Part shown: piece by piece, positions 1-12,280 of the stretch
How positions within the stretch are numbered: the stretch's first letter is position 1
Layout of the letters: each line of letters opens with the position of its first letter
Assembly (NCBI GenBank): GCA_008632985.1
Contig: QPGO01000053.1
Coordinates: 62,001-126,000 of the forward strand
Source of the DNA: Psammoneis japonica
Lineage: Eukaryota
Reading direction: 5' to 3'
DNA length: 64,000 nt
Notes under the pieces: model-generated
What the model was told of the DNA's origin: nothing
The model's input: the letters and a program-made list of their open reading frames with translations, nothing else
Databases searched by the model: none
Made by a program: the position numbers and the translations under genes

Positions 1-233
1 TGAGCACAGTTGAGAGAACCAACGAGAGACTACAGTTTCGTAAGGTATGTACCCGAAGTTTCTGTCTATAACGTGCTATAATGACCGATACCATATCACA
101 CACTTCAATAAACTATTGAAGGCATAAGAGTCGTCTAAAAAACTCGTTTCGTTATTTCACCATGGTGACACTGAAGTATGCATCCGTGTAGAAAGTCATA
201 CAACAATCATTTCGAGGTCCAGCATGACTACCT

Positions 234-998
234 TTACCTCCTCTTAGGAGGACCTCCACGCGTGACACCACCCGATTTCTTCTGGGACCCTGCAGCGGTC
301 TTGCTCTTTGTGGGAGCAGATGACTTCTTACCGGGTCGCGGGAGTTTGCATCCCAACTTTCGTTCCATTTTAGAAATAATCTGAGGGTTCGGAACAGCTT
401 TGCCAGATTCATACTCGGCGATAACCTGGGGCTTTTCGTTAATGGCCGTGGCCAATTCTTTCTGTGTCATTTTCTTGGCTGTACGGGCTTGCATTAATGC
501 TTTGGAAAGGGATTTGTCTACCTTTGCAATCTTTCCCACGTCATCCGCCTCTTCCAACTTTCTTGCAGACATGACGGTGGCCGTGTGGGCAGATGAGTTT
601 GTGGCAGCTCCATACCTACAGAAAAATTCGAAATGAAACAGAAGGACGCGTTAGTCATTCCGTTTCGTCAGTGGTAGTCCCAACGGCACAGTAGGTATTT
701 TGGTAGCTGGGAGATAAACGGGTTATCTGCCGACCATGCGGGTCGAAACAACGCCTCCAGTATTGTGCTTCTCGCCGTAATCCCCATGCCGACTTGATCA
801 ATACAATAATACATCTGATGCGATCAAACAGCACAGACGGTGATGCACAACTTACTTTCGTTCAGTGCTTAGCTTCCCCGCCGCTTTGGCGGCCGTGATC
901 TCTCGAGCCGTTTTTGGCGCAGACGTTCTTCCACCGGAAGCTCTTCCGACGTTCACCGTACCCCAGTCCTGACCCGTTTGAATGTTGGTATTCGGCAT
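234..998 (-). CDS. MBF1: Multiprotein bridging factor 1 (HTH transcriptional co-activator); exons 998-856 and 615-234
   Basis: Spliced product MPNTNIQTGQDWGTVNVGR...KYGAATNS...QARTAKKMTQKELATAINEKPQVIAEYESGKAVPNPQIISKMERKLG. The 240-nt intron has a GTAAGT donor, a GACTAAC branch site and a TAG acceptor. Confidence 0.93.
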
Positions 999-1560
999 TG
1001 TTCAGAGCGTATCGTTCACAAGATTATGAGAGGCAGAGGTGCGATTGAACTCAAGAAGTATCGCTATGTCTCGTCATCGAAGAAGCTCGGAGAAGACGTG
1101 CGAGGTGCGAGGTTGGAGGCGAGACGACGAGCGAAGCACGAAGCACGGTAGTACGTGAAACGAAAGACGACCGACGGACCGACACTGAACACGAATTTTT
1201 TGTTTTTCGCTTTTCTCTGCGCGCTTTTTTAGTTTTTTTACTTTTCCCTCCGACGCAATACGCAATGCCACCCAGTATGCCACCATGATACTTCAGTCTA
1301 ATGCGATGCTCCAACAGTGATACTGACAAATTTCACTCGGCATGCAACGGATGTAACCCAACGACATGCTTTCAATGTGGCTTATCCAGGGAACAGAACG
1401 GTCGATAGTATGTGTTTCTGCCGGCTTGCAAATATATGTGTAAAGGAAGCCGTTGAGCATTCAGGTTTTTCTTGAATGCCGTTGAACTCAGACAAGGCTC
1501 TCAAAATGCCTCACAAGTTGACTTAGTCACACTTCGTTTCTCAGGCTTCTCTGCGGCAAC

Positions 1561-2658
1561 ATGTACTCTCCATCGCTGCGGCGTCGATCGCAGCGACTTG
1601 CTCAAAAGCGCATCGACTCCAACGCTGCTGATCTGCCGCTAAGAGTGATTGTCGAGAGTCCAAGCAATGCTCCAGAACGCGCTCCTCGCTTCTCTAGTGG
1701 TTTTCCGGGAACTCGTCAAGAGCTTCTCAAGTATGTGGAAGAAAATGCTCAAATACTAAGCTCTGCAACAGGCTGTGATGCGCTTCGTCGAGCAATGATG
1801 GACTGGTTTCCAATGTTGGGCAACGATGATGGCCTAGACTACACGTGCCCAATATGCTCTGGTACGTTTGACTTTAACATGCGTCTTTCAAGCATTTGCC
1901 ATTACCAATCGCCTACTCATTGGTGTTATCACGCTTTAGGCCGACTAGAAGACCCAGCTGGCTGCGGACACTGCTCCTTCCGATCTTGTCACAGTTGCCT
2001 TGTACACTGGTGTAAGAAGCAAATGGAGGAACGCGGTCAGTCGAATTGTCCTCAGTGTCGCGCCAACATTGTGCCCCTTGATTCGATAGCTTTGGACTTG
2101 GACCTTCATAGGCGGTTGATCGCTGAGCCTACCTTTTCACAGCTCGTCAACCAAGTCAAGGACTTGAGGCGGGATAACGAGAGGCTGTGGGAACTCGTCA
2201 AGAAGCAAGGCGAAGAAATCAGTTCACTCAAGCAGCCTTTCAACAGAAGTTCGGCTGTCACAGATAACCATGGCTTCAACACCTCGTTATATCTCCCTGC
2301 TACGCTTCCTCGGCCAGATGCAGCTGCTGGACAACAACAACAACAACAAGTTCCTCTTGGTCCTTACTCGAACATGGTTGCAAGCAATCTAACGGCTACG
2401 GCTGCGAATGCACTTGGACCTAGCTTCCCGCGCCTTCGATTCTCTATAGGAGACCGGGTGCTGTGTCGGATTGGACCAGAAGTAGCCTTTCCCGTCGGCC
2501 GATGGGTCCCAGGCCGCATTGTTCAGCAGTGGTATCGTGAGTCCCCAAACTCTTGTGTTCCATACTTGGTGCGACTGGATGATGGGAGGTATACGACCAC
2601 TCCTTTTGACAACAACTTTGTCATTCTTAGAGACGTTCAAAGTAGGGGTAGTGCGTAA
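1561..2658 (+). CDS. Protein with RING-like zinc finger, coiled coil and C-terminal LRFxxGDRVxCRIG...PYxVRLDDGR module common in diatoms
   Basis: 365-aa ATG ORF with normal composition. Cys pattern CPIC...CGHCSFRSCHSC...CPQCR, then a heptad-like stretch and a poly-Q run. Confidence 0.7.
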   Translation: MYSPSLRRRSQRLAQKRIDSNAADLPLRVIVESPSNAPERAPRFSSGFPGTRQELLKYVEENAQILSSATGCDALRRAMMDWFPMLGNDDGLDYTCPICSGTFDFNMRLSSICHYQSPTHWCYHALGRLEDPAGCGHCSFRSCHSCLVHWCKKQMEERGQSNCPQCRANIVPLDSIALDLDLHRRLIAEPTFSQLVNQVKDLRRDNERLWELVKKQGEEISSLKQPFNRSSAVTDNHGFNTSLYLPATLPRPDAAAGQQQQQQVPLGPYSNMVASNLTATAANALGPSFPRLRFSIGDRVLCRIGPEVAFPVGRWVPGRIVQQWYRESPNSCVPYLVRLDDGRYTTTPFDNNFVILRDVQSRGSA

Positions 2659-2899
2659 CCATTTCCTCTTATCCGATCTAGTAGTAGGCAATTCAAGTAA
2701 ACTTACACTTGCTTCTCTAAGTAGGCTTAAAGCTAACAGTATGACAGAAAGAACCACCAACAAAGGCGCGACAGTAGATTTGACTTGAACGGAAAAACCA
2801 CTTACGCAGCTATATGAGGTTCGAATACGGTACTCGCTCTCATGCACCCGAACGGGGCATGACAGGGTGATTTTTCTTGTCGTGGCGGAGAAGAGTGCG

Positions 2900-5800
2900 T
2901 CTCTGCGACTGGGCTCTAAAGTCACCTGACGAAACTGATGTGGAGATTCGCAAGTGTGGCAAAAACCCCATGAGGACGAGGTGCATTTGCCGCACACGAG
3001 ATAAAGCAGCCAGGGGAAATCACCATAGCCAACAGACACTTTTCCACCGGTGTCCGCAATGTGAAAGCCACAAACAGGGCAATCTTCAAAATGAAGGCAC
3101 GCATTGTGACTGCCCATGCCCAGCAAAGTGCAGGATGAACAGTTGGAACGCGTCACCGTCTGGAAGGACCGCGAGGAGCAAACGCCATCGGCCGCCATTG
3201 TGTGTGTTGCATTCGAGTGGGGTGTGGACATGTTGTGCAAACAGGGTTGCGGGTTGCAAAACCAGCACTTGCGTTGCAGGAAAAGGGTTTTTGCACTTGT
3301 TTTGGGTGGTGGGGGGTTTCGCAACGGCGTTGCGCGTCACGCTTTTGTTGACATAGCGTTGCACATTTATTCCAGGTGAGGGGGGAATGTGGCGCAACGG
3401 CACCACGCATTGATTGCAGGTTGTGGGGAAATGCAAGTTCAAATGGCGTGCATGCCAAGGAGAAATTGCTGGTTGGGGGGGAATGCACACACAAAATTGC
3501 TGGTGCAACAGAAACAGCTTTTCTGGTGCTGTCCATTGCAGGTGAAAACCAGCAGTGCACAATGCCAGAAATGTCCCAAGAGGAGTTTGCTGGTGCAAAC
3601 CCAGCAATGACTACATTGAAGGCAATCTTGTGAGCTGTGTGAGCACTGCCTTTTTTCTCACCAGCTTTGCCCAAATCCTGAGACAAAAAATGCCAACATC
3701 TGTCATTTTGTGCCTTTTGGTGGCTTGTTGTTGTGATGGAATCTTTTTCCTTTGCTGTGACAGCAGGAGCTGCATTGCTCCATGGAGCAGAAATCTCCAC
3801 CTTGACAGGACCCATCCTCTGGCTTTTTTGTTGCTGCCAGGCCTCAAGAAAAAGCAGGTTTTCAGCTCCAACATTTTCTCTGTGCTGGGCTCTTGCAATC
3901 AAATTGACATTGACAGTTGCTTGGCTTTGCCCTCCACCCAAGCACCTTTTGTGTTGCTCAGCACTTCTTCTGCTGCAACGCTTCTGCTCTGGTTGACATT
4001 GGTGCAATCCACCCTCACCTGCTGCATGGCATGACAGTGAGAGTGTGTTGAACAAAGACCAAAACCTTTGCATCACAGAAAAAGGCCAGCCTCAAATTGC
4101 TTGATGAACAAACAATGGCAGCACTGGCTTGAATGAAAAGACATGGCTGTTTGCCACAGCTGAAAGGGAACGGCAGTCTTGACAGTGGGGGGGGGGGGGG
4201 GGGGCTTCAAGAAAAACGGCACTTGCTGTGAGCGAGAGGAGCCCAAAGAGAGTCTCATGTGGCACAAGAACTCAACTTGAGAGTGCCAGCCACAACTTTG
4301 AGAAAATGTGTGGTCTTGAAACTCTGCGATGTGGGCATGAAGCACTGGCCCAAAAACAAACAGCTGTGTGAGCACAGCACAGGGAACTCAGTTTGTTTGT
4401 TTCCTTTTTTGAAGCTGGGGCCTGCAAGAACTCTTTCTTGTGCATTTTTGCAACAAGAAGCCACAAGAAAAAACAGCCATCTTCCTTTTCAGCAAGAAAG
4501 GAGGACTGTTGCACAGGGAGACCCACTCAGCCACTCCTTGCACCAACTGCCCATCCCCACCCTGTCACCCTGTAGTTTTGTTCTGCCTTTGATTGCCCCG
4601 GCAGTGGCTCTCTCTCCTTTTCTCTTGGCGGCATTGCTTCAACATGTTTGCACCAAAGGCATGTGATGGTGCAACAAGCATGGCATGCAGCTCTTGTGCA
4701 ATGGGCAACATGTGAACTCTGACTTGCATTTTCCAAGTGCAGGAGATTGCCCCCATCACTGCTGCAGCATGCCCCATTTCATCCACTGCCCCTCTCTGTC
4801 AGCATGGCAGCAGGGCACTGACAGATGACAACAGGGGTGATCTGGAAAGACTCCTCAAACAAGCACCCCATCACCCAGCACACATGGCAGGCACACAATG
4901 TCCAACCAAAGGCCTTGGTGAGAGGTCAGCACTGGGGCTCCCAATGCCAGAGGAAGATGTCATGTGACAACATGAATGGCACCCTTCTAGCCTTGGACAG
5001 CAAAGTGCTTTGGAGTGTGGTCCTTGTTGACATGATGATCTTAATTGTGAGCTCACCCATCAATGAAAAAATGTCAGCTGGGCCATTTTCAGGGAAGCCA
5101 AGTTCTTGAAGAACATGATGAAGATGCAAAACATGTTTGGCAGCAGCCACAGCACCAGCAGAGAGTGAAACTCCACTCTGGCTTGGGTCTTGCAATGATG
5201 CAAAAAGAGTGCCACCAGCCAATGAGCAACCACACCCAGCATTTGGTTGGTGGCCATGAAGAGCATTGCCGTGTTTGCAAAATTCTGAGCAAACCAAAAG
5301 TTGAGACAAACAGCCAGTGGTCAGAAACACAGAGAAAGTGCTGGACTGATGACATGATGTTTGAATGGGTGAGGGGGCAAGGTCAGGTGCCAGGTTGTTT
5401 CTTGCAGCTGGCATCCCAGTGCTTGGTGCAACAGCAGAAATGGCTGCATGGTGCAACTCTTTTCAAAGTGGAGCAATGGACAGGACCAGGGCCAAAGAAC
5501 GTGGGGAATGCTGTGACAGCAGTGCACTCAATGCAAGTTGATGCATGGTGCTGCACGCGCAACAACAATTGACCAAGAAGGCTCCAGATGAGGCAAAGCC
5601 AAAGGACTTGGAACTTGGACAACTCATTGCAACATTCCAGCAAACTTGAGTCCACAGGAAGTGGTGCAACCTTGTGGTCTTGCATGGGTTTGTCAGTGAA
5701 GCAGGAGTTTTCCACATCCATGTGAAAAAAGTGTGCAACCAGCTCAGCTGCAGGAGCATGCTGCTCAATGAAGCTGCTGCATTGACAAGCATTGTTGCCA

Positions 5801-8260
5801 TTGAATTTGAAGCACAAACAAACTCCCTTGAAAGACAGAACATCTTCAGACAACATGTGAAGTGATTTGCCAAGAAGATTGAAAATGCCAATGGTGGTGG
5901 GGCCTGCTCCCCGCCTGTGCAACCCACTGAAAAATTGTCTCAACCTGTCAGAGAAGCAAAGAGTCACTTGCCCTCAAAAGTCAAAAAGCAGGTGAGCTTG
6001 TCATGAGCGGTGCTCTGAGAAACAACAACATTGTTGCTCCCAACAAGTTGCTGTTAAAATGTTTCTGTCACAAGGCACTGGGTGCAAGACAACCTTGTGG
6101 CAAGCACACCAGCATTGGCAAAACCATGGAGTGGTCAAATCCAGTGACAAAATGGGCCATGCACTGTGCAGCAGACCAGCAGCAGGTGTGTGTGCTTTCT
6201 TTTCAAAATGGTGCACACAAGAAAACCACCATCTTCTGTGCTGTCACACAGGGAGATGTGCTCACATTGTGACACACAGCAAAGAGCCCATGTGGCTGCC
6301 TGCAACCTTCCTCATCCTGCAGCTCCTTTCATCAACTGCCAGTCACAGCCCATGCCAGCTGATGTGTTCACACCAAAGGTGTTCATTTTAAGGTGACATT
6401 CTTGCCCACAATTGTCTGGCATTTGAGTGCCCCGGTGCCCTCCCTTTTTTGGTCCTCAAATTGTCTCACATTTTGTGTGAGTTCAGCTCATTTGCATTGA
6501 GTGCATGTGACACAACAAGCATGACATGTTGTCAACTCTGACTTCCAATTTTCCAAGTGTGGGTCACTTTCATTGCTGCTGCAAAATGGTGTGCCTTGTG
6601 TCATGCACAGCCCCTGTCAGCACAAGGCACAGCACATGCTGGTGGGACACCAATGGACTGCAGAGCAGGAAAATTGGCATGCTGGCAGTCAAAATGTGAG
6701 CAACAAGAAGGCATCCAAAAGATGTCAAGAATGCATTGAGTGCAAGAGTAGAGAGACACTTGGTGAGTGGCACCTCCATGGCTGTGTTTTTGCTGAGATC
6801 AGCTGTGCAGCATCATTTTCAGTCAGTCACCCATGTGCAGTCACCTCCTGAATTCAGTGCAAGCAACATCACACAACAAATTTGCCAGTGCCAGCATTGC
6901 AGTGCTTCAGACAGAGTGCAGACCATTGAGTTGTCCTTGGGGTGCACCACACTGTTGGCACAGAGCAAGGCACATTGAGCAGTCAAGGCAGCTTGAAAAG
7001 CAGAAAATTGCAGTGCTCCCAAATGGGGGCACAGCCAAAGGATTTCTCAGAAGGAGTGTGCAAATGTCCAGCATGCCAACAAGAGGTGTGGCATCAGATT
7101 TTTCTGCGTGCAACTGGCTGGCTTCAAGCCAGCTGAGTGGGGGGGCTGTCTCAGCAAATTCCTGGCAGTGGCCCTGCTCAACGCCATGAGAGACAGAGCA
7201 GCCAGCACCAAGTGAGCAAAACTTTTGTGAGCATCAAAGTGAACAGAGCTGACCTGTGTGCTTGGGGGAATCATGGTGTGTGTCTGGCTGATGACAGTGA
7301 GAAGTGCAGCCCAAGAACACATTTGAAGACATGCAAACAGAGTGTGCCAGCATGCACACCCATTGTGAGCAGCACAAAAATGAGCCCTCACCTGGTTGGA
7401 GCACAATGTGAAGTGGGCTCCTTGTCGGGCAGAGTTGCAACACACCAGGGGATGTCAAATGATGACAGGCAGATGAAGACATGGCAAAACAGTGGTGGGC
7501 AGCAAGACAATGTTGCCCTCTTTGGCAACTGCCCTGCTGGCAGACATCATGTCTTGGTGAAAAGAGAGTGGGGGCAGGCTGCACTGCAGACATTTTGTGA
7601 AACTGACCACAGCACAGTGGCCTGGCGGCACAAAGAACAGACTTGACATTCACCATCAGAAGTGTGAGACCATCTTGCCCAGCAAGTGGATGTTGTCCTT
7701 GGGAGCCTGTGAAGGCAGAAGTGTGTTGGGTTGCTTTTGCACTTCAACAGCAGACAAAAACAATTGTGAGTGCTTGGGCTGTTGGGTGCAATGAAAGGTG
7801 CCCAGATGCCTGTGATGGGAGAGTGGCTTGGGCAGAAGAGGGCGCCACTCTCCTGAAAAATGAAGCGTGGTCTTGGCAAAAACAGCAGTGGGGGCACTCT
7901 CAGTCATGATCTTTGGCACAAGCTTCTTTCAAGAAAAGTCAGTTGCAGCCACCATGGAAGGCCAGCCCAGTGCTGCGCTGCGGCGACAAAGATGAGAGAG
8001 TCAAAGTGCAGTGGAGGCTGGATGAGAGCAAGGCAAGGCCACGGCACGGCACCCTGTTGTTCCACTGCCAGAGACAAATCCTTCCCAAAAAACTGCCAAC
8101 AAGTGAAACTCACTCCTCTCTCCAAACAAACCATTCCTCGGCGAAAGCCCTCCCACACCATCGCATCGGATGGCACAAAAGTGCAGCAACGAGTCTGACA
8201 CAGGCCCAGCCAGATGAACAGACGGAACTGCCCCCAGTGACCGAGACATCGGAGCAAATT
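2900..8260. mobile_element. TpA-depleted block A; unclassified degenerate repeat/TE-derived DNA
   Basis: Near absence of TA, and of CG in the core. Only overlapping Cys/His-rich ORFs are present. A diverged direct repeat lies at ~4670-4810 vs ~6510-6630. I could not recognise a family motif; boundaries are approximate. Confidence 0.5.
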
Positions 8261-8505
8261 CTGTAGTGTCTCTTTACATGCATCACACTGTACTTACTGT
8301 ACTGTACATTCACTCATGACCGACCTGTGAACTGTGACCCACACCCTAATTAAAAATCGAACATTTATGTTGTGTAACAATAATTGTTGTGTACCGGTAC
8401 ATAAATGTAGTAACTGAACCCGAACCGACCCGGGAGAAGAGATCAGATTGGTCGTGTATTGCACCAAAAATGAACACAGCCCTGACCATGCAGATCTCGA
8501 GTAAA

Positions 8506-10668
8506 ATGATGAAACAGGTATTTGCTCTATGCGCCGGATTGGCACTGCTTGTTCGAAACTCCTTTGCCATTACCACGAACTTCTCTGCGGCTGATGGTTA
8601 TGCACGTGGGTCGCCAACACAGCATCCCATCTGGGCCGGGGACGGTAACAGTTTCGATGTGGATCCCGTTGCTGGCGAAATGAGAATTGATGACAATGCC
8701 AGCCGGAGGTACATATTCTACAAGAGCGGTCTAGCACCCGGCAAAAACATGTACACTGTCGGTGTGGGTTTTCGGTTCAAGCGTGAAACCCTCTATTCAT
8801 TTGGCCGGGAGGATCGTAACTGCATCCTGATTCGGCTCAAGAATCATGAAAGTGTTAACTTGAGTCTGAAACGACAAGCAAGTAACCCAAGTCTCTACAA
8901 ACTTCAGTTCTGGGAAAATACGAAGGTAACTTTCATGTCCTCAGATCCAATTGACGAAAAGGAACTGGGCTTCAGCAATATTAGCGACTTGAGCTCAGAC
9001 GAAATATGGATGGAGCTAGATCTAAAACGTAACTTCGATGGAACTTCAACGGCAACGTGCACAATCCGAAATGTCAATAAAGATTCTGTTGTAGAATCGA
9101 TGAAGGCCAATTTCAACGTCAATACCACGTTCTACTCCAACAGACTCTACCCCTTGATTAGTGCAGCTGAGAGTAAGGCTACCACCCAAGTATTCGAGAA
9201 AACTGTGCTTTCCTTCACGGCATCAGCAAAGCGAACGGTACACAAATCCACCAGACCTAACCTGATTGTTATTTTAATGGATGACATTAGTTCACAAGAA
9301 CTTGGGTGTTATGGAAACAAAAGAGGTAACACTCCTAATATCGACAAATTGGTGAAAGACGGACTGAAGTTTCAGAATGCGTGGGCAACCACAACGTGCA
9401 CTTCAACACGGGCATTACTGATGAGCGGGACATATGCTGACAAAAGTGGTATCTACGACAACAGCGTAAAGGTCTACAAACCCACCATACCAGAGAAGCG
9501 CAAGGCTTTGCCCAAAAGCTTACAGGAAATTGGTTACTCTACCTTCTACGTAGGCAAATGGCACTTGCCCGGTGAACCGCAAGACCCAGAGTGGGGCTTT
9601 GACAAATACGTTGCGTATGGTTCATTGGGACCCAGGTACCCACCTGAGTGGAACGACTTGTACAAGGGGTGGTGGTGGTATTGGTGGACACCGAGTCAAA
9701 TATCCGAGACGTACAAACTATTTCACTCACCATCGGCGACATGGCACCCTTTTATTATTGAAAATGGAGAATTCCGCCCGACTACGGAGGAAGACTTCGG
9801 CCCAACACTGATATGTGATGAAGTAATCAATTTTGCTGATAAAAACAAACCTACTGGCAAGCCCTTTTTTGTTCACTACTTGATGCATCTCCCACATGAA
9901 CCGTGGACCGAAATGAGGGACGACGACGGCAAAAAGACAAAGCCTGGATTCGAAGAAAACATCAAGATGTTGGACCGCATAATCGGGCGGTTGGTTGATG
10001 GATTGACTGATGCTGGTCTTTACAATGATACCTTGATCTTTCTTGCAGGAGACAACCCTTCTTCAGATATTGGTAAGGTAGCTTCCGGAGCTTTGGGAGT
10101 CCACGTCCCATACATGATTCTTGGTGGAAGCAACCATATTTCGCAGAAAGGAACAACAGCCATTTTGACAGACATATCAGATATCTACCCAACTTTTCTT
10201 GACTTTGCAGGAGTTAGCCCAAACTATGTCGGCGGCCTTGATGGCATGAGTCTCAAGCCTTATCTGACGGGCGAGTCGGAAGAGACGCGCGAGTACATTT
10301 TCGCATATGTTGGGCCACACCGTGTTATACGCGACTTGCACTATTGCTATGATGGACGTTGGTTCTGGCGCTGCGACGAGTCAGGAGATGTGTTCAAGTT
10401 TGAAAGGCTCGACATGAAAATGCTCAATTGGACTGAGACAGACGCGTTTCAACGACTCATGATGAAAATGTCAGAGCACCCTCCTGCTCCGGATGAGGCC
10501 ATTGCAGGAAGCAAAAAAGGTGAAAATTGGTTAAGGGTTCGGGATAAAGGAGGTCTATCTTCATGGGAGAAAAAAACTGAGGACCGCCTTGAGAAAGGTC
10601 TCGACTACTGGCTGAATAATCCGGGACGGCGGTCATACTCATGGATCCATTATCATACTCGTAAGTAG
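8506..10668 (+). CDS. Secreted formylglycine-type (S1) sulfatase with an extra N-terminal beta-rich domain; intronless
   Basis: Signal peptide MMKQVFALCAGLALLVRNSFA. Sulfatase motifs RPNLIVILMDD, TPNIDKL, CTSTRALLMSG, GYSTFYVGKWHL, PFFVHYLMHLPHEP and TLIFLAGDN. Confidence 0.9.
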   Translation: MMKQVFALCAGLALLVRNSFAITTNFSAADGYARGSPTQHPIWAGDGNSFDVDPVAGEMRIDDNASRRYIFYKSGLAPGKNMYTVGVGFRFKRETLYSFGREDRNCILIRLKNHESVNLSLKRQASNPSLYKLQFWENTKVTFMSSDPIDEKELGFSNISDLSSDEIWMELDLKRNFDGTSTATCTIRNVNKDSVVESMKANFNVNTTFYSNRLYPLISAAESKATTQVFEKTVLSFTASAKRTVHKSTRPNLIVILMDDISSQELGCYGNKRGNTPNIDKLVKDGLKFQNAWATTTCTSTRALLMSGTYADKSGIYDNSVKVYKPTIPEKRKALPKSLQEIGYSTFYVGKWHLPGEPQDPEWGFDKYVAYGSLGPRYPPEWNDLYKGWWWYWWTPSQISETYKLFHSPSATWHPFIIENGEFRPTTEEDFGPTLICDEVINFADKNKPTGKPFFVHYLMHLPHEPWTEMRDDDGKKTKPGFEENIKMLDRIIGRLVDGLTDAGLYNDTLIFLAGDNPSSDIGKVASGALGVHVPYMILGGSNHISQKGTTAILTDISDIYPTFLDFAGVSPNYVGGLDGMSLKPYLTGESEETREYIFAYVGPHRVIRDLHYCYDGRWFWRCDESGDVFKFERLDMKMLNWTETDAFQRLMMKMSEHPPAPDEAIAGSKKGENWLRVRDKGGLSSWEKKTEDRLEKGLDYWLNNPGRRSYSWIHYHTRK

Positions 10669-11799
10669 CAGCATGGTCAGCTGTGGGCATCTCCTCCCCT
10701 CTCTCCTTATTTCTTGCCTAGTTGCACCCATCTGTTATCTGTTGCACATAAATAGAATAAGATTACGCAAGAAGTCTCTATAATCAGACGTTACGCGTCC
10801 CGCATGTGCGTTTCGGCAAAATCGAAGCATCATGATGAATGACAGGCCGACTCACCATCAACAACAGAAACCGAATCAACAGCAACGGGGAGGGTGTCAG
10901 CGATCCATGGATTGCATTAGCCATCGTGAGAGACGCATTGTTGTCCTCACATGTGAGGTTTGCTTGAGTCTATGGCACTGACTGTTAGCTCATCAAGGAT
11001 CATCTGAGATGGAAGCACATTGCAGATGTGTGAGTGGGCAGTGGGCAACAGATAAAAGCCATTTTTGCCCCAGTTCACACATGACACAAACACATCACAC
11101 ACAATGACATGCGTGCATTAAAACACATCATGCTGCCTTGATTGTGCAAGGATCCACAAGCACGGTCAGCCAACGAGCAGCCCAGCCCCTTCATTGTGTG
11201 CAATGCTTCATCCTGCCACAACACGAGTCATTGCATGTGGCTCCCTTCCAATGCCAACCAGCGTGTTGTTGGAGCAACAACTGTCTCTGCTTCTTGGGAT
11301 TGGATGTTTAGAGTTGCAACTCTCCTGCAAAAAAATGCGGCATGCTCTGGCAAGCATCAGAGTCAACAACTGTTTTGGAGGAGTGAGCTGCTGCTCCCAC
11401 TCATCTTCTCCACTTCTTCCGCCCACCAATCTCATCATTTTTCCCAGCACAAAGAACACCCTTGTTGCCACTGTTCTTGTTTTCATTCCCACAACCATGG
11501 CTCTGTTTGTGGCATTGTCTCTGGTGCCATTTCCTTCTGCCAGCAAAAAACTGAATTGAGCCCTCATGACTGAGCCAGTCATCCCCTCAAAGTGGAGGCA
11601 ATGCATGGACTTTCCACACAGGTGAGATTTCACAGCTTTCAACAAATGATCATTCAACTGTCGCTGCATGAGTGCGCTGCACAAATTCAACCTGGATTGA
11701 ATTGAGTCCTTGTTTTAAACAAATGTGTTGAAATGTGCACAAATTTTGACAGTTTTTTGTTGGCACCAGCAAATCCATCTTACACTGGATTTCTGGGCC

Positions 11800-12280
11800 A
11801 TGGGTTCCTGACTGCATCTGCCACCTGCTGTTGCTGCTTTTGTGACTTCCAGGTGTGTGTGCTTTTTGTGCTCCAACACACTCCTGCAATGGCTCACATC
11901 ATCAACTGGGACATTGTTGTCCACACTTGTTGTCTGGCTCCAAATTTTGATGAACAGCAGCCCGCAAAGTGCCCTTGTAAAATGGCCAGCAACTGCAATC
12001 TCCTCATTGTCATTGTTTCAGTTTTCATCCCCAGCTGCAGCTCCATTTGCAGCACCATCTTCAGTGCCTTTTCCTTCTAAATCTGTCTCATCAATTTTCT
12101 GGGACACGGGCTCCTGACTGGATCTGCCACATGCAACATTGCAGCTTTTGCAACGTCCAGGCATGTGCACTCTCTTTGTGCTCCAACACACTCCTCTGCT
12201 GCAATGAATGGCTCATTGTGGGCTGGGGCAGTGTCATTTGCACTCATTGTCTGGCTCCAAATTTAATGAGCAGCAGCTCA
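11800..12280. repeat. Diverged tandem duplication (~306-bp period) at the 3' end of the Copia remnant
   Basis: tcctgactg.atctgccac at ~11805 and ~12112; tgtgctccaacacactcct...tgtctggctccaaattt at ~11867-11947 and ~12177-12264. Confidence 0.7.

Noticed and set aside
2389..3324. 311-aa minus-strand ORF with CxxC motifs as a real gene
   Set aside because: It overlaps the 3' end of the 1561-2658 gene and runs into block A. It may be a TE ORF remnant, but I cannot support a call.
3086..8266. Dozens of overlapping Cys/His-rich ORFs here and in the other TA-poor blocks as novel metal-binding proteins
   Set aside because: They are explained by loss of TAA/TAG and Tyr-to-Cys/His conversion. They occur in all six frames with no coherent domains.
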